A DNA stretch of 24,000 bases, from positions 384,559-408,558 of the forward strand of contig NZ_CP118963.1 in assembly GCF_029024105.1 (NCBI RefSeq), in the 5' to 3' direction. The first letter of the stretch is position 1. Every line of letters begins with the position of its first letter. A model generated the notes under the pieces. That model was not told the DNA's origin. It was given only the letters and a program-made list of their open reading frames with translations, and made no database searches. Source of the stretch: Acinetobacter lwoffii. GTDB lineage: Bacteria > Pseudomonadota > Gammaproteobacteria > Pseudomonadales > Moraxellaceae. Of this stretch, positions 7,598 through 15,683 are shown one piece after another. The position numbers and the translations under genes were made by a program.

Positions 7598-7624
7598 TAA
7601 AAACCCGCCAGAGTCAAAGGCGGG
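7598..7624 (-). terminator. Rho-independent terminator downstream of bfd (minus strand)
   Basis: The minus strand reads CCCGCC-TTTGACTCT-GGCGGG followed by TTTTTATT. It lies 65 nt past the bfd stop. Confidence 0.6.
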
Positions 7625-7688
7625 GGAGGAGTAATGACCAAAGATCATTGTTTTTTCATTATGCTTATAGGGAGAAATCTTTTTAAAT

Positions 7689-7883
7689 TTATGCTGCAAC
7701 TGCTAGCCGTGCTGCAATTTGTGAAACCTCATCACTGATGATCATGCGGGCTTCTGGTGCACAGCGACCACAGCAAGTTCCCAAGTCCAACATATCGCGG
7801 ACATCACGATAACTTTCAGCGCCATTTGCAATAGCATCTTTAATGTCTTGATCTGTAATGCCGCGGCATAGACAAACGTACAT
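7689..7883 (-). CDS. bfd: Bacterioferritin-associated ferredoxin, BFD-like [2Fe-2S] protein
   Basis: MYVCLCRGITDQDI...GTCCGRCAP carries the C-x-C...C-x-x-C cluster ligands and resembles E. coli Bfd (MYVCLCNGISD). The track start at 7892 is a TTG extension. Confidence 0.88.
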   Translation of the reverse strand: MYVCLCRGITDQDIKDAIANGAESYRDVRDMLDLGTCCGRCAPEARMIISDEVSQIAARLAVAA

Positions 7884-7919
7884 AGGACACAACCACAGTG
7901 ATTAAATAAGATAAGTAAT

Positions 7920-7938
7920 ATTATTGATAATTGTTATC
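7920..7938 (-). promoter_or_regulatory. Fur box in the bfd promoter region
   Basis: ATTATTGATAATTGTTATC matches 14/19 positions of GATAATGATAATCATTATC, with the palindromic core GATAA-N3-TTATC. It lies 37-55 nt upstream of the bfd ATG. bfd is Fur-repressed in E. coli and Pseudomonas. Confidence 0.65.
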
Positions 7939-8103
7939 GTTTGTCAATAAAAATCATTTGAAATAGCTTTTATCATGATTGATGATTTAGATAAAAAATC
8001 ACCACCTGAGCGGAAATCCAAGTACTGCTCGGATTTCCACACAAAAGCGATTCATGATTTAGAATGAGATATTGCAGGGTGGGGATTGAGTAATTTTTAT
8101 AAC

Positions 8104-8487
8104 TTATTGATTAATTATGACAATGCCATCCATTTCAACCAAGGCATCTTTAGGCAGGCTGGCCACACCTAAAGCGGCACGTGCTGGATAGGGCTGGGCA
8201 AAATACTCACCCATAATTTGATTGACCAGTTGAAAGTGAGATAAGTCGGTCAGGAAAATATTCAGTTTGGCAATATCTGCCAAAGAGCCACCAGCGGCTT
8301 CACAGACTGCTTTTAAGTTATCAAACACCCGGCGAATTTGAGCTTCAATGCCTTCAACCAGTTCCATACTATAAGGATCCAGGCCAATTTGACCTGATAG
8401 ATATAAGGTATCACCCACTAAAATGGCTTGCGAATAAGTGCCAATCGCAGCAGGGGCATTTTCAGTATGGATTACTTGGCGGGACAT
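8104..8487 (-). CDS. ridA: RidA/YjgF-family reactive enamine/imine deaminase
   Basis: 127 aa. [14 protein letters not shown]...[11 protein letters not shown]...[21 protein letters not shown] is typical RidA. Confidence 0.88.
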   Translation of the reverse strand: MSRQVIHTENAPAAIGTYSQAILVGDTLYLSGQIGLDPYSMELVEGIEAQIRRVFDNLKAVCEAAGGSLADIAKLNIFLTDLSHFQLVNQIMGEYFAQPYPARAALGVASLPKDALVEMDGIVIINQ

Positions 8488-8562
8488 TAATTTCTCCTTT
8501 TATCATCGACATACATCATATTCGATCAATTCGGCCGATCAAAGCACTATCGTTTTAAATGA

Positions 8563-10668
8563 TTAACTCGCTTTAGAGGCTTCACTGAAAACGACGGGCT
8601 GTGCCAGACGGATAATTCGCGGGAAACCGAAATACATGCGTAAATCCCGGATAATCTGTGCAATCTGTTTACGGTTATGCACCACGATATTGACGTAAGT
8701 TTTGTCATCCTGAGTGCGCACCATTTCCACCCCGGAATGCGCTTTACGACATTGGTAAATCAGGTCGGAAATCTGCTCGTCATTCATGTCCAGGTCAATG
8801 CTGAGATAGGCAGTAAAGCTGATATCTTCCAGATCATCAGAGGTCCACTGCAACAACATGATATTTTCTGGATGCTGATGCTGTTCATGCAGCAGGTTAT
8901 GGCAGCGCGCACGATGCACAATCAGACCGCGACGGGTCAAATGCCCCTGAATTGGATCACCCAGCACAGGATTGCAGCAATGTGCATATTTGACATCGAC
9001 ACCTTCCGTTCCCTGAATCAGACGGTCTGAGCTGGCAATATTCTGATGCTGATCTTGGGCAAATAAATGGTTGGCCACCAGTTGCGGTAATAAATCACCG
9101 ACTGCAATCTGTTCAAACAGCTGCTCTTTACTGGAAACATGGCGCCATTCTAAGAGGTTTTTCCAGTCTGCTTCCGTCAGATCACGAATAGAACGATGGA
9201 ACAATTTCAAGGCACGATTGAGAGCCTGTTGTCCGACCAAACGTTGCTCATCTGGATCCTGATCGCGCAGAATATTCTGAATAGCACGACGAGCTTTCTG
9301 GGTATTAATAAAACTGAGCCAATCCGGATTTGGAGTGGCCAAGACATCAGTAATGATTTCTACCACCTGACCACTGACTAGAGGTGTTGAAAGGGGCTTG
9401 GTTTCATTATTAATTTTTGCACCCACCGCATGATTGCCTAGGAATAAACTCGCGGCATAAGCAAAGTCAACCGCCGTGGCGCCTTGTGGCAATTCATGTA
9501 AATGGCCGTGCGGGGTATAGACCCAGATTTTTTCCTGATGTAAATAATCCAGTAATTCACTAAAAGTCGTTTTGGCGCATTCACCATCGACCAGAACATT
9601 CAGATTCTGCATCGAGGCCTGAATCGCAGAGCGGCAGGCCTGCGGGGCACTTTCACCGAGTACGACACCAAAGCGTGCCGCTTTACGCATGAGTTCTGTT
9701 TGAATGGTGAGCGACAAGGTCGTCTTTTCGCCTTTCAGTCGCATCATCAGGGACTGGTTGCCACCCGGTAATGGACGACGGATATGGTCTTCATAGCTTT
9801 GAATCTTAAAGCTATGGGTCAGAATCTCTGCCAGTCGGTCACAATCGGCAATGCTCTGTAAAATAATTTCAAAAGCATGGCTGTGAGTTAATTCTTGTAG
9901 ATCGATGTCATTTTTAACGAAGTGGCGCAGTAGCTCAATATTGTTATTTTTCTTCTTAATTCGGCCCTGAATGGCATTCTGTTGCAGCAGTTCGGTCAGG
10001 TTTTTTTCCCATTTAGCCTGATATTCACAGCGTTTTGGCTTGGTTTCCAACAGGGCGGCCTGCACATTGTTATACATGTCCAGATCTAGATTCTGATAAC
10101 AAAGATGTTCCAGATTATCGGCCATTTCATTCATGCCGACAATACGGGCCATGGGAACAAAAATTTCAAAGGTTTCGCGGGCAATACGCGCGCGTTTGTC
10201 GGGGCGCAATGCGTCCAAAGTGGTCATGTTGTGATAACGGTCGGCCAGTTTCACAATAATGACACGTGGATCTTGTAAAGTCGCTTGCAGAATTTTCCGG
10301 AAAGAAGCCGCTTTATTATATTCTTTATCGCTCGAATGACTCAGTTTGGTGACACCATCGACCAGTTCAGCGACGGTAAAACCAAAAATCTTGCTAATAT
10401 CATCTTTGTTAAATTCGGTATCTTCAATCACATCATGCAGCAGGGCGGCCATTAAGGTTTCAGTGTCCAAACGCATATGTGCCAAGATACAGCTGACCGC
10501 AATCGGATGTAAAATATAAGGTTCACCACTTTTACGCACAATCCCGTCATGTGCCATATCTGCATAATCACAGGCCGCAAGCACACGTTCGACATCGCTT
10601 TCACTTAAATACGCATCGATAATGATCTCTAACTGCTGCTTGGCTTGACTGACCTGTGGGCCTGGCAT
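8563..10668 (-). CDS. spoT: SpoT, long RelA/SpoT-homolog (p)ppGpp hydrolase with degenerate synthetase domain
   Basis: 701 aa. HD hydrolase motifs are intact (HPIAVSCIL...LLHDVIEDT, ADRYHNM). TGS and C-terminal ACT-like regions are present. It sits downstream of rpoZ as in other gamma-proteobacteria. Confidence 0.9.
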   Translation of the reverse strand: MPGPQVSQAKQQLEIIIDAYLSESDVERVLAACDYADMAHDGIVRKSGEPYILHPIAVSCILAHMRLDTETLMAALLHDVIEDTEFNKDDISKIFGFTVAELVDGVTKLSHSSDKEYNKAASFRKILQATLQDPRVIIVKLADRYHNMTTLDALRPDKRARIARETFEIFVPMARIVGMNEMADNLEHLCYQNLDLDMYNNVQAALLETKPKRCEYQAKWEKNLTELLQQNAIQGRIKKKNNNIELLRHFVKNDIDLQELTHSHAFEIILQSIADCDRLAEILTHSFKIQSYEDHIRRPLPGGNQSLMMRLKGEKTTLSLTIQTELMRKAARFGVVLGESAPQACRSAIQASMQNLNVLVDGECAKTTFSELLDYLHQEKIWVYTPHGHLHELPQGATAVDFAYAASLFLGNHAVGAKINNETKPLSTPLVSGQVVEIITDVLATPNPDWLSFINTQKARRAIQNILRDQDPDEQRLVGQQALNRALKLFHRSIRDLTEADWKNLLEWRHVSSKEQLFEQIAVGDLLPQLVANHLFAQDQHQNIASSDRLIQGTEGVDVKYAHCCNPVLGDPIQGHLTRRGLIVHRARCHNLLHEQHQHPENIMLLQWTSDDLEDISFTAYLSIDLDMNDEQISDLIYQCRKAHSGVEMVRTQDDKTYVNIVVHNRKQIAQIIRDLRMYFGFPRIIRLAQPVVFSEASKAS

Positions 10669-10839
10669 AAAACACCTTTTTCAACTGAATTTTTTACAAA
10701 TAAAACGTGAAAGCATTCTAGAAATGTGAATTTCCTGGCTTGATAGTTTTTTGCTGCTACAGAGCAGAAAACCCATTCAAACTTGATAGCTAACCCTTAT
10801 GTTATAACCGTTCTGGCATAAATATAAAAGTCACATAAC

Positions 10840-10870
10840 AAAAAAAGCCTAGTTTAGAACTAGGCTTTTT
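10840..10870 (-). terminator. Rho-independent terminator after rpoZ
   Basis: AGCCTAGTT-TAG-AACTAGGCT stem flanked by an A-run and a T-run. The minus strand has a 7-T tail. Confidence 0.75.
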
Positions 10871-10883
10871 GAGTGACGATCTC

Positions 10884-11165
10884 TTATTGGAAAGAAAAAC
10901 CGTCTAAGTTTAGATTATTTGCAGAAAGTGCAAGATCCAGACTTGATGTTTGATAGTCTTGATCACGTTGTTTCAAAATGTCTTTTGATACATGACCTGA
11001 AGCGATTTCACGTAAAGCAACAACAGTCGGTTTATCATTGTCCCATTCTACAGTTGGTTCAATACCTTGACGTGCCAATTGACGCGCGCGCTTGCTTGCC
11101 ACTAGTACAAGCTCAAAGCGGTTGTCTACATGGTCTAAACAATCTTCAACGGTGACGCGTGCCAT
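10884..11165 (-). CDS. rpoZ: DNA-directed RNA polymerase subunit omega
   Basis: [30 protein letters not shown] is the canonical RpoZ N-terminus. Confidence 0.95.
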   Translation of the reverse strand: MARVTVEDCLDHVDNRFELVLVASKRARQLARQGIEPTVEWDNDKPTVVALREIASGHVSKDILKQRDQDYQTSSLDLALSANNLNLDGFSFQ

Positions 11166-11241
11166 AAGAATTCTCGTTTGAATAATAAATTTTAACAGAC
11201 TGCACAGTATAAAAGGCTTTGTCTATAGACTCAAGTTTTAA

Positions 11242-11865
11242 TCACTGCTCAGTCGGCGTAATCAGTTTCTGAATCAGTTTTTTATGACGGTTGGCTTGCT
11301 GACTCAGCACCAGACGATTGGCGATAATCACCGCTTCCAGGTCATGCAGCGCCTTATTAAAGTCATCATTAATGATGATATAGTCAAAGTTGCTATATTG
11401 TTGCATATCTTCTACCGCGCAGCTTAGACGATGTTCAATCACATCCACAGCATCAGTACCACGGTTAGATAGGCGTTCACGCAAGTCGAACTGGCTTGGT
11501 GGCAAGATAAAAATTTGTTTAGATTCAGGAAAAAGTCGACGAACCTGTTGTGCACCTTGCCAGTCAATTTCCAGTAGCACATCATGGCCTTTGGCTAGTT
11601 GTTCTTTGACTGTGGCCTGCGCGGTACCGTAGTAATTACCAAATACTTCGGCGTATTCGATAAAACCACCTTCATTGACCAGATTTAAAAAATCGTCTTT
11701 ATTGGAGAAATGATAGTGTACGCCATCGAGTTCGCCAGGTCGTTGACCGCGTGTGGTGTGTGACACAGAAACGTGAAGATTGTTGACACGCTCAAGTAGG
11801 GCTTTAACAAGGGATGTTTTGCCTGTTCCAGACGCTGCAGAAACGACAAACAAGAGACCCGACAT
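11242..11865 (-). CDS. gmk: Guanylate kinase
   Basis: P-loop SAASGTGKTS, TTRGQRPGE and YGT motifs. gmk-rpoZ-spoT synteny. Confidence 0.93.
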   Translation of the reverse strand: MSGLLFVVSAASGTGKTSLVKALLERVNNLHVSVSHTTRGQRPGELDGVHYHFSNKDDFLNLVNEGGFIEYAEVFGNYYGTAQATVKEQLAKGHDVLLEIDWQGAQQVRRLFPESKQIFILPPSQFDLRERLSNRGTDAVDVIEHRLSCAVEDMQQYSNFDYIIINDDFNKALHDLEAVIIANRLVLSQQANRHKKLIQKLITPTEQ

Positions 11866-11998
11866 GATATTTTTCCTGATATGATAAAATATCTTCTCTA
11901 TTTTAGAGTAGAGCGGCTTTAAACTAAATAGTTGTCAGTCGATTGTTTACATTTATTTCAATTGAACCGCTAAAAATGGTGTGAGTATTGAGGATTCT

Positions 11999-12949
11999 AT
12001 GGAAATTGTTTTAGCCAACCCACGTGGTTTTTGTGCTGGTGTAGATCGTGCCATTGCGATCGTGAACCGTGCCCTGGAATGCTTTAACCCACCGATTTAT
12101 GTGCGGCATGAAGTGGTGCACAACAAATTTGTCGTCGATGACCTACGTCAGCGTGGTGCGATTTTTGTCGATGAACTCGACGAAGTTCCTGACGATAATA
12201 TCGTGATTTTTAGCGCACATGGTGTTTCTAAAGCCGTCCAGCTTGAGGCTGAACGCCGTGGTTTAAAAGTTTTTGACGCGACTTGCCCGTTGGTCACTAA
12301 AGTACATATTGAAGTGACCAAATATGCCCGTGAAGGTGTAGAAGCGATCCTGATTGGTCATGAGGGTCACCCTGAAGTCGAAGGTACCATGGGTCAATAT
12401 GACAAGAAAAATGGCGGTGATATCTATTTAGTAGAAGACGAAGAAGACGTTGCTGCTTTAACTGTGCGAAATCCTGAAAAAGTCGCCTTTGTCACGCAAA
12501 CGACTTTATCAATTGATGATACGGCAAAAGTGATTGATGCTTTACGTCAAAAATTCCCAATGATCCAAGGCCCGCGTAAAGATGATATTTGCTACGCTAC
12601 GCAAAACCGTCAGGATGCCGTGCGCGATCTGGCGGAACGTTGTGATGTGGTTCTAGTAGTAGGTTCTCCAAACTCTTCAAATTCAAACCGCCTACGTGAG
12701 CTGGCTGAGCGTATGGGTAAAGCGGCTTATCTAGTCGATAATGCCGATGAGCTAAAGCAGGGATGGTTTGCAGGTAAGTCTCAAATTGGTGTAACTGCTG
12801 GAGCTTCCGCACCAGAGATTCTAATTAAACAGGTGATTCAGCGTTTACAAGATTGGGGTGCAGACGTGCCTCAAGAACTAAATGGACGTGAAGAAAATAT
12901 CACTTTTAGCCTGCCTAAAGAGTTACGTATTCCAGTCACTCAAGCTTAA
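11999..12949 (+). CDS. ispH: 4-hydroxy-3-methylbut-2-enyl diphosphate reductase
   Basis: [19 protein letters not shown]...YVRHEVVHN...[12 protein letters not shown] is near-collinear with E. coli IspH (316 aa). GAGGA SD at 11990-11994. The track GTG start at 11981 is an extension. Confidence 0.93.
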   Translation: MEIVLANPRGFCAGVDRAIAIVNRALECFNPPIYVRHEVVHNKFVVDDLRQRGAIFVDELDEVPDDNIVIFSAHGVSKAVQLEAERRGLKVFDATCPLVTKVHIEVTKYAREGVEAILIGHEGHPEVEGTMGQYDKKNGGDIYLVEDEEDVAALTVRNPEKVAFVTQTTLSIDDTAKVIDALRQKFPMIQGPRKDDICYATQNRQDAVRDLAERCDVVLVVGSPNSSNSNRLRELAERMGKAAYLVDNADELKQGWFAGKSQIGVTAGASAPEILIKQVIQRLQDWGADVPQELNGREENITFSLPKELRIPVTQA

Positions 12950-12984
12950 AATGTAACGTACTTATCACCTGAATTATAATTTTA

Positions 12985-13023
12985 AAAAATAGATAACTAT
13001 TTTTTGCAGTTATCTGTTTTTTT
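12985..13023 (+). terminator. Probable terminator after ispH
   Basis: AGATAACT-N9-AGTTATCT stem followed by GTTTTTTT. AT-rich, so moderate confidence. Confidence 0.5.
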
Positions 13024-13107
13024 ATGCCATTCATCTCTATTTGTGTGGGTTTTGTAATCTAATTGGATACTATTTTTAATGAGGTAAAGGGTTGCCTTGG
13101 GGATGAT

Positions 13108-13539
13108 ATGCAAAAAAATAAAGGTTTTACACTCATAGAACTTATGGTGACCATTGCGGTGATGGCAATTATCGCGATGATGGCGGCTCCGTCTTTTATC
13201 CAAATGGTTCGGAGTAATCAATTGCGAAGCGATACCCGTGATTTTGTGGATTTATTGAGCGAAACGAGATCAGAAGCGATCTTTAAACAGAGTGATCGGG
13301 TCGTAGCGTTAGATAGTAGTGTGGCAACACCTTTTAAAACTTGGGTGCCAACGCATGTCACAAAAACGAGTGGGGATAGCAGTGTGACTTTTAATCGTTT
13401 GGGGCAGACCAGTGTTTCCACAAACGGACAGTGCTTTATTTTTGAACACAGTAGTGATGCTGCGTTAAAAGCATATGTGTATGTACAAAAGGGTGGAACG
13501 GTTGTTTACAATAAAGCGGCAACAAGTTGTCCGACTTGA
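13108..13539 (+). CDS. fimU: Type IV minor pilin FimU (GspH/FimT family)
   Basis: Leader MQKNKG|FTLIELMVTIAVMAIIAMMAAPSF. First gene of the minor-pilin operon. The track start at 13063 is an extension. Confidence 0.8.
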   Translation: MQKNKGFTLIELMVTIAVMAIIAMMAAPSFIQMVRSNQLRSDTRDFVDLLSETRSEAIFKQSDRVVALDSSVATPFKTWVPTHVTKTSGDSSVTFNRLGQTSVSTNGQCFIFEHSSDAALKAYVYVQKGGTVVYNKAATSCPT

Positions 13540-13557
13540 GGGGAAGGAATAATAAAA

Positions 13558-14043
13558 ATGATGAAACGTCAAACGGGAGTTGGGTTGGTGGAGGTGCTTG
13601 TGGCTTTAGTACTTCTAAGTATTGCTGTATTGGGGTTTGTGGCATTACAAATTAGAGCCATCACGGCTAGCAACGAAGCGACGATGAATGTTCAGGCGAC
13701 CAATATTGCCCGAGATTTGGCGGAGCGGATGCGTATGAATCGGGATGGGTTGGTGGGATATGTTGCGAATACCGATACCACGAATTGCGCAACTGCATTT
13801 TGCTCCCCTGAAGATATGGCTAAATACGATTTTAGACTAGTAAGCAGCCGTGCAACTGGCTTGGGTATGAGCATGAATGTGCTTAATTGTCAAGGATCTA
13901 CCTTAGTGCGTAAATGTGTTTATGTGGCGTGGGAAGAAACAACTGCGACCAATGGTACAAGTAGTTCTGATTGCACCAATGGTGCAGCCTATGTGCCAAA
14001 TGCGAAATGCATCATCATGGAGGTATATAACTATGGCTCATAA
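13558..14043 (+). CDS. pilV: Type IV pilus minor pilin PilV
   Basis: MMKRQTG|VGLVEVLVALVLLSIAVLGFVALQ is a PilV-type N-terminus. SD GAGGGGAAGGA upstream. Confidence 0.8.
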   Translation: MMKRQTGVGLVEVLVALVLLSIAVLGFVALQIRAITASNEATMNVQATNIARDLAERMRMNRDGLVGYVANTDTTNCATAFCSPEDMAKYDFRLVSSRATGLGMSMNVLNCQGSTLVRKCVYVAWEETTATNGTSSSDCTNGAAYVPNAKCIIMEVYNYGS

Positions 14044-14983
14044 GCGATATACCTCAGGTTTCACCCTCATGGAGTTGATGATTGCTTTAGCATTAGGATT
14101 GTTAATTGTTGCCGCAGGTTTGGCTGTGTTTTTGAGTAGTCAGCGTTCTTTGGGTTTACAGTCTGGCATGAGTGAGTTGCAGCAAAATGCTAACTTTGGA
14201 ATGTCGCTCGTTACACATGATTTGAGACATACCAATTTAAATACTGCCTCTTCACATAGGGTGAATAATTATAACAATGGTTCGGGGATTATTTTTAAAA
14301 AAGAAAATCTACCAACTGCATTGCAAGCAACACCTAATTTAGAAGCTGAATTTGTTACTTTGCAAAATAAGGATACTGACAACACTACTGGGACAAGTGA
14401 TCGGTTAACTATACAATATGTCCCTGCAAGCAGTGAGATTTTTAATTGTGAAGGCGTACAGGTGACGAATGCGTCCTCGAAAACCATTGTGCAACGTTAT
14501 TATGTGGCAGAAAGTCCACAACAAGTACCGGGTGAGCCGACCTCGTACTCGCTGTATTGTGATGCTGCTTCTTATGATGGTGCAGGGCTAGTCGGTTTAA
14601 ATACCAATGCACAACAAATTATGCAGCGGGTCGATGCGTTTAAAGTACGCTTAGGGGTAAAAAATCCTGCGGGTCAGTTACGGTATATGACGATTAATGA
14701 ATATATTACTGCGATGGAGACAATCCGTGCAGCTTGTGCCACCCCAATAGTTGAAGATACCTGTTCAAAAACCTATTTGAATGTTGTTTCTATGGAGATT
14801 GGTATTCTGTCTCGGTCTACAGGAACAATTGGGGCAGATGCAAATTTAAATACTCAAACCAGCTTTAATGTTGCTGGAACTCCAGTCACGCTTTCAGGGG
14901 ATGTAGCAGTAAATAAGCGATATTTGCGTCAGGCGGTAAATCAAGTGGTCGCCATTCGTAATACCTTGGGAGCATCATCATGA
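14033..14983 (+). CDS. pilW: Type IV pilus assembly minor pilin PilW
   Basis: MAHKRYTSG|FTLMELMIALALGLLIVAAG. GGAGG SD at 14019-14023. It overlaps the pilV end by 11 nt. The track start at 13916 is an extension inside pilV. Confidence 0.8.
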   Translation: MAHKRYTSGFTLMELMIALALGLLIVAAGLAVFLSSQRSLGLQSGMSELQQNANFGMSLVTHDLRHTNLNTASSHRVNNYNNGSGIIFKKENLPTALQATPNLEAEFVTLQNKDTDNTTGTSDRLTIQYVPASSEIFNCEGVQVTNASSKTIVQRYYVAESPQQVPGEPTSYSLYCDAASYDGAGLVGLNTNAQQIMQRVDAFKVRLGVKNPAGQLRYMTINEYITAMETIRAACATPIVEDTCSKTYLNVVSMEIGILSRSTGTIGADANLNTQTSFNVAGTPVTLSGDVAVNKRYLRQAVNQVVAIRNTLGASS

Positions 14984-15666
14984 AACAACAAAAAGGTGCA
15001 ACACTCATTACGGTATTGGTCATTTTGATCGTTATCACATTACTGGGGACTATAGCGGTAAAAATGGGGATTGTGGGCTTAAAAATTGCAACTAATAGTC
15101 AGGTGAATGCGTTGTTGTTAGAAAACTCCGATTCAGCGTTGTTTAATATTGAAAACCCTGCTGAGGTTGAAAGACAATTGGCTCTGGATGGTATGTTTGC
15201 TTATTTTAACTCGTCTGCCAATACAAATGACGAATTGGTATTTTGCTATCGCGCATCGGAAAATTCTTTCTTTAAATTATCTAAAGCTAGCGCGATTACA
15301 GAGGATGGATCAACGACCAAGATTGGTGTTGATGGCTTTTGTAAAGCCAATCAATTTGCAATGGGGCGTTCTGCAGTGTTGTCACAAGTGTATTTAACCA
15401 AAAATGCAACAACCTCTACACCATTTGGTGGTGTGCCAAAAGGAACAAGTCTTGGACAAAGTCATGTGCCGGTAACCATGCATAATATCGGCGCGACTGT
15501 CATTTCAGTCTTACCAGGTTTTGCAGGTGCGACTACTACGCAAATAGAGAACTGTTTTAAGCAGCGGGCTTCGGCCGTGGGGGCATGTTTTGATGGGTTA
15601 GGTATTCCCTATAACATGCAGCATTCGGACTATACCGTTGGCGGTCAGCCGAAGCTGGTATCGTAA
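14980..15666 (+). CDS. pilX: Type IV pilus minor pilin PilX
   Basis: MKQQKGATLITVLVILIVITLLG is a PilX_N-type N-terminus. ATGA overlap with the pilW stop. Confidence 0.75.
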   Translation: MKQQKGATLITVLVILIVITLLGTIAVKMGIVGLKIATNSQVNALLLENSDSALFNIENPAEVERQLALDGMFAYFNSSANTNDELVFCYRASENSFFKLSKASAITEDGSTTKIGVDGFCKANQFAMGRSAVLSQVYLTKNATTSTPFGGVPKGTSLGQSHVPVTMHNIGATVISVLPGFAGATTTQIENCFKQRASAVGACFDGLGIPYNMQHSDYTVGGQPKLVS

Positions 15667-15683
15667 AGAAAAAGGGTTTAAAG

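Noticed and set aside
7604-7624. GC hairpin CCCGCC-N9-GGCGGG, considered as the terminal stem of the TnpB omega RNA or as a tnpB terminator
   Set aside because: The U-tract is on the minus strand (plus strand has TAAAAA before the stem and GGAGGAG after it). It is better explained as the bfd terminator and probably as native flanking DNA.
7554-7634. 26-codon ORF (MKIDIESIQTQMNGNKNPPESKAGEE) with an AAGGA SD-like sequence just after tnpB
   Set aside because: It is too short to support. It runs through the predicted right-end hairpin and the bfd terminator, and it has no recognisable motif. Most likely chance.
8012-8038. 8-bp hairpin GGAAATCC-N11-GGATTTCC downstream of ridA, considered as its terminator
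   Set aside because: On the minus strand the T-run is 13 nt away from the stem, so it is not a convincing intrinsic terminator. Left uncalled.
8677-10259. Several 60-117-aa plus-strand ORFs (8677-9030, 9071-9262, 9196-9381, 10035-10259)
   Set aside because: All are antisense shadows within the strongly supported spoT frame. They have no motifs or SD sequences.
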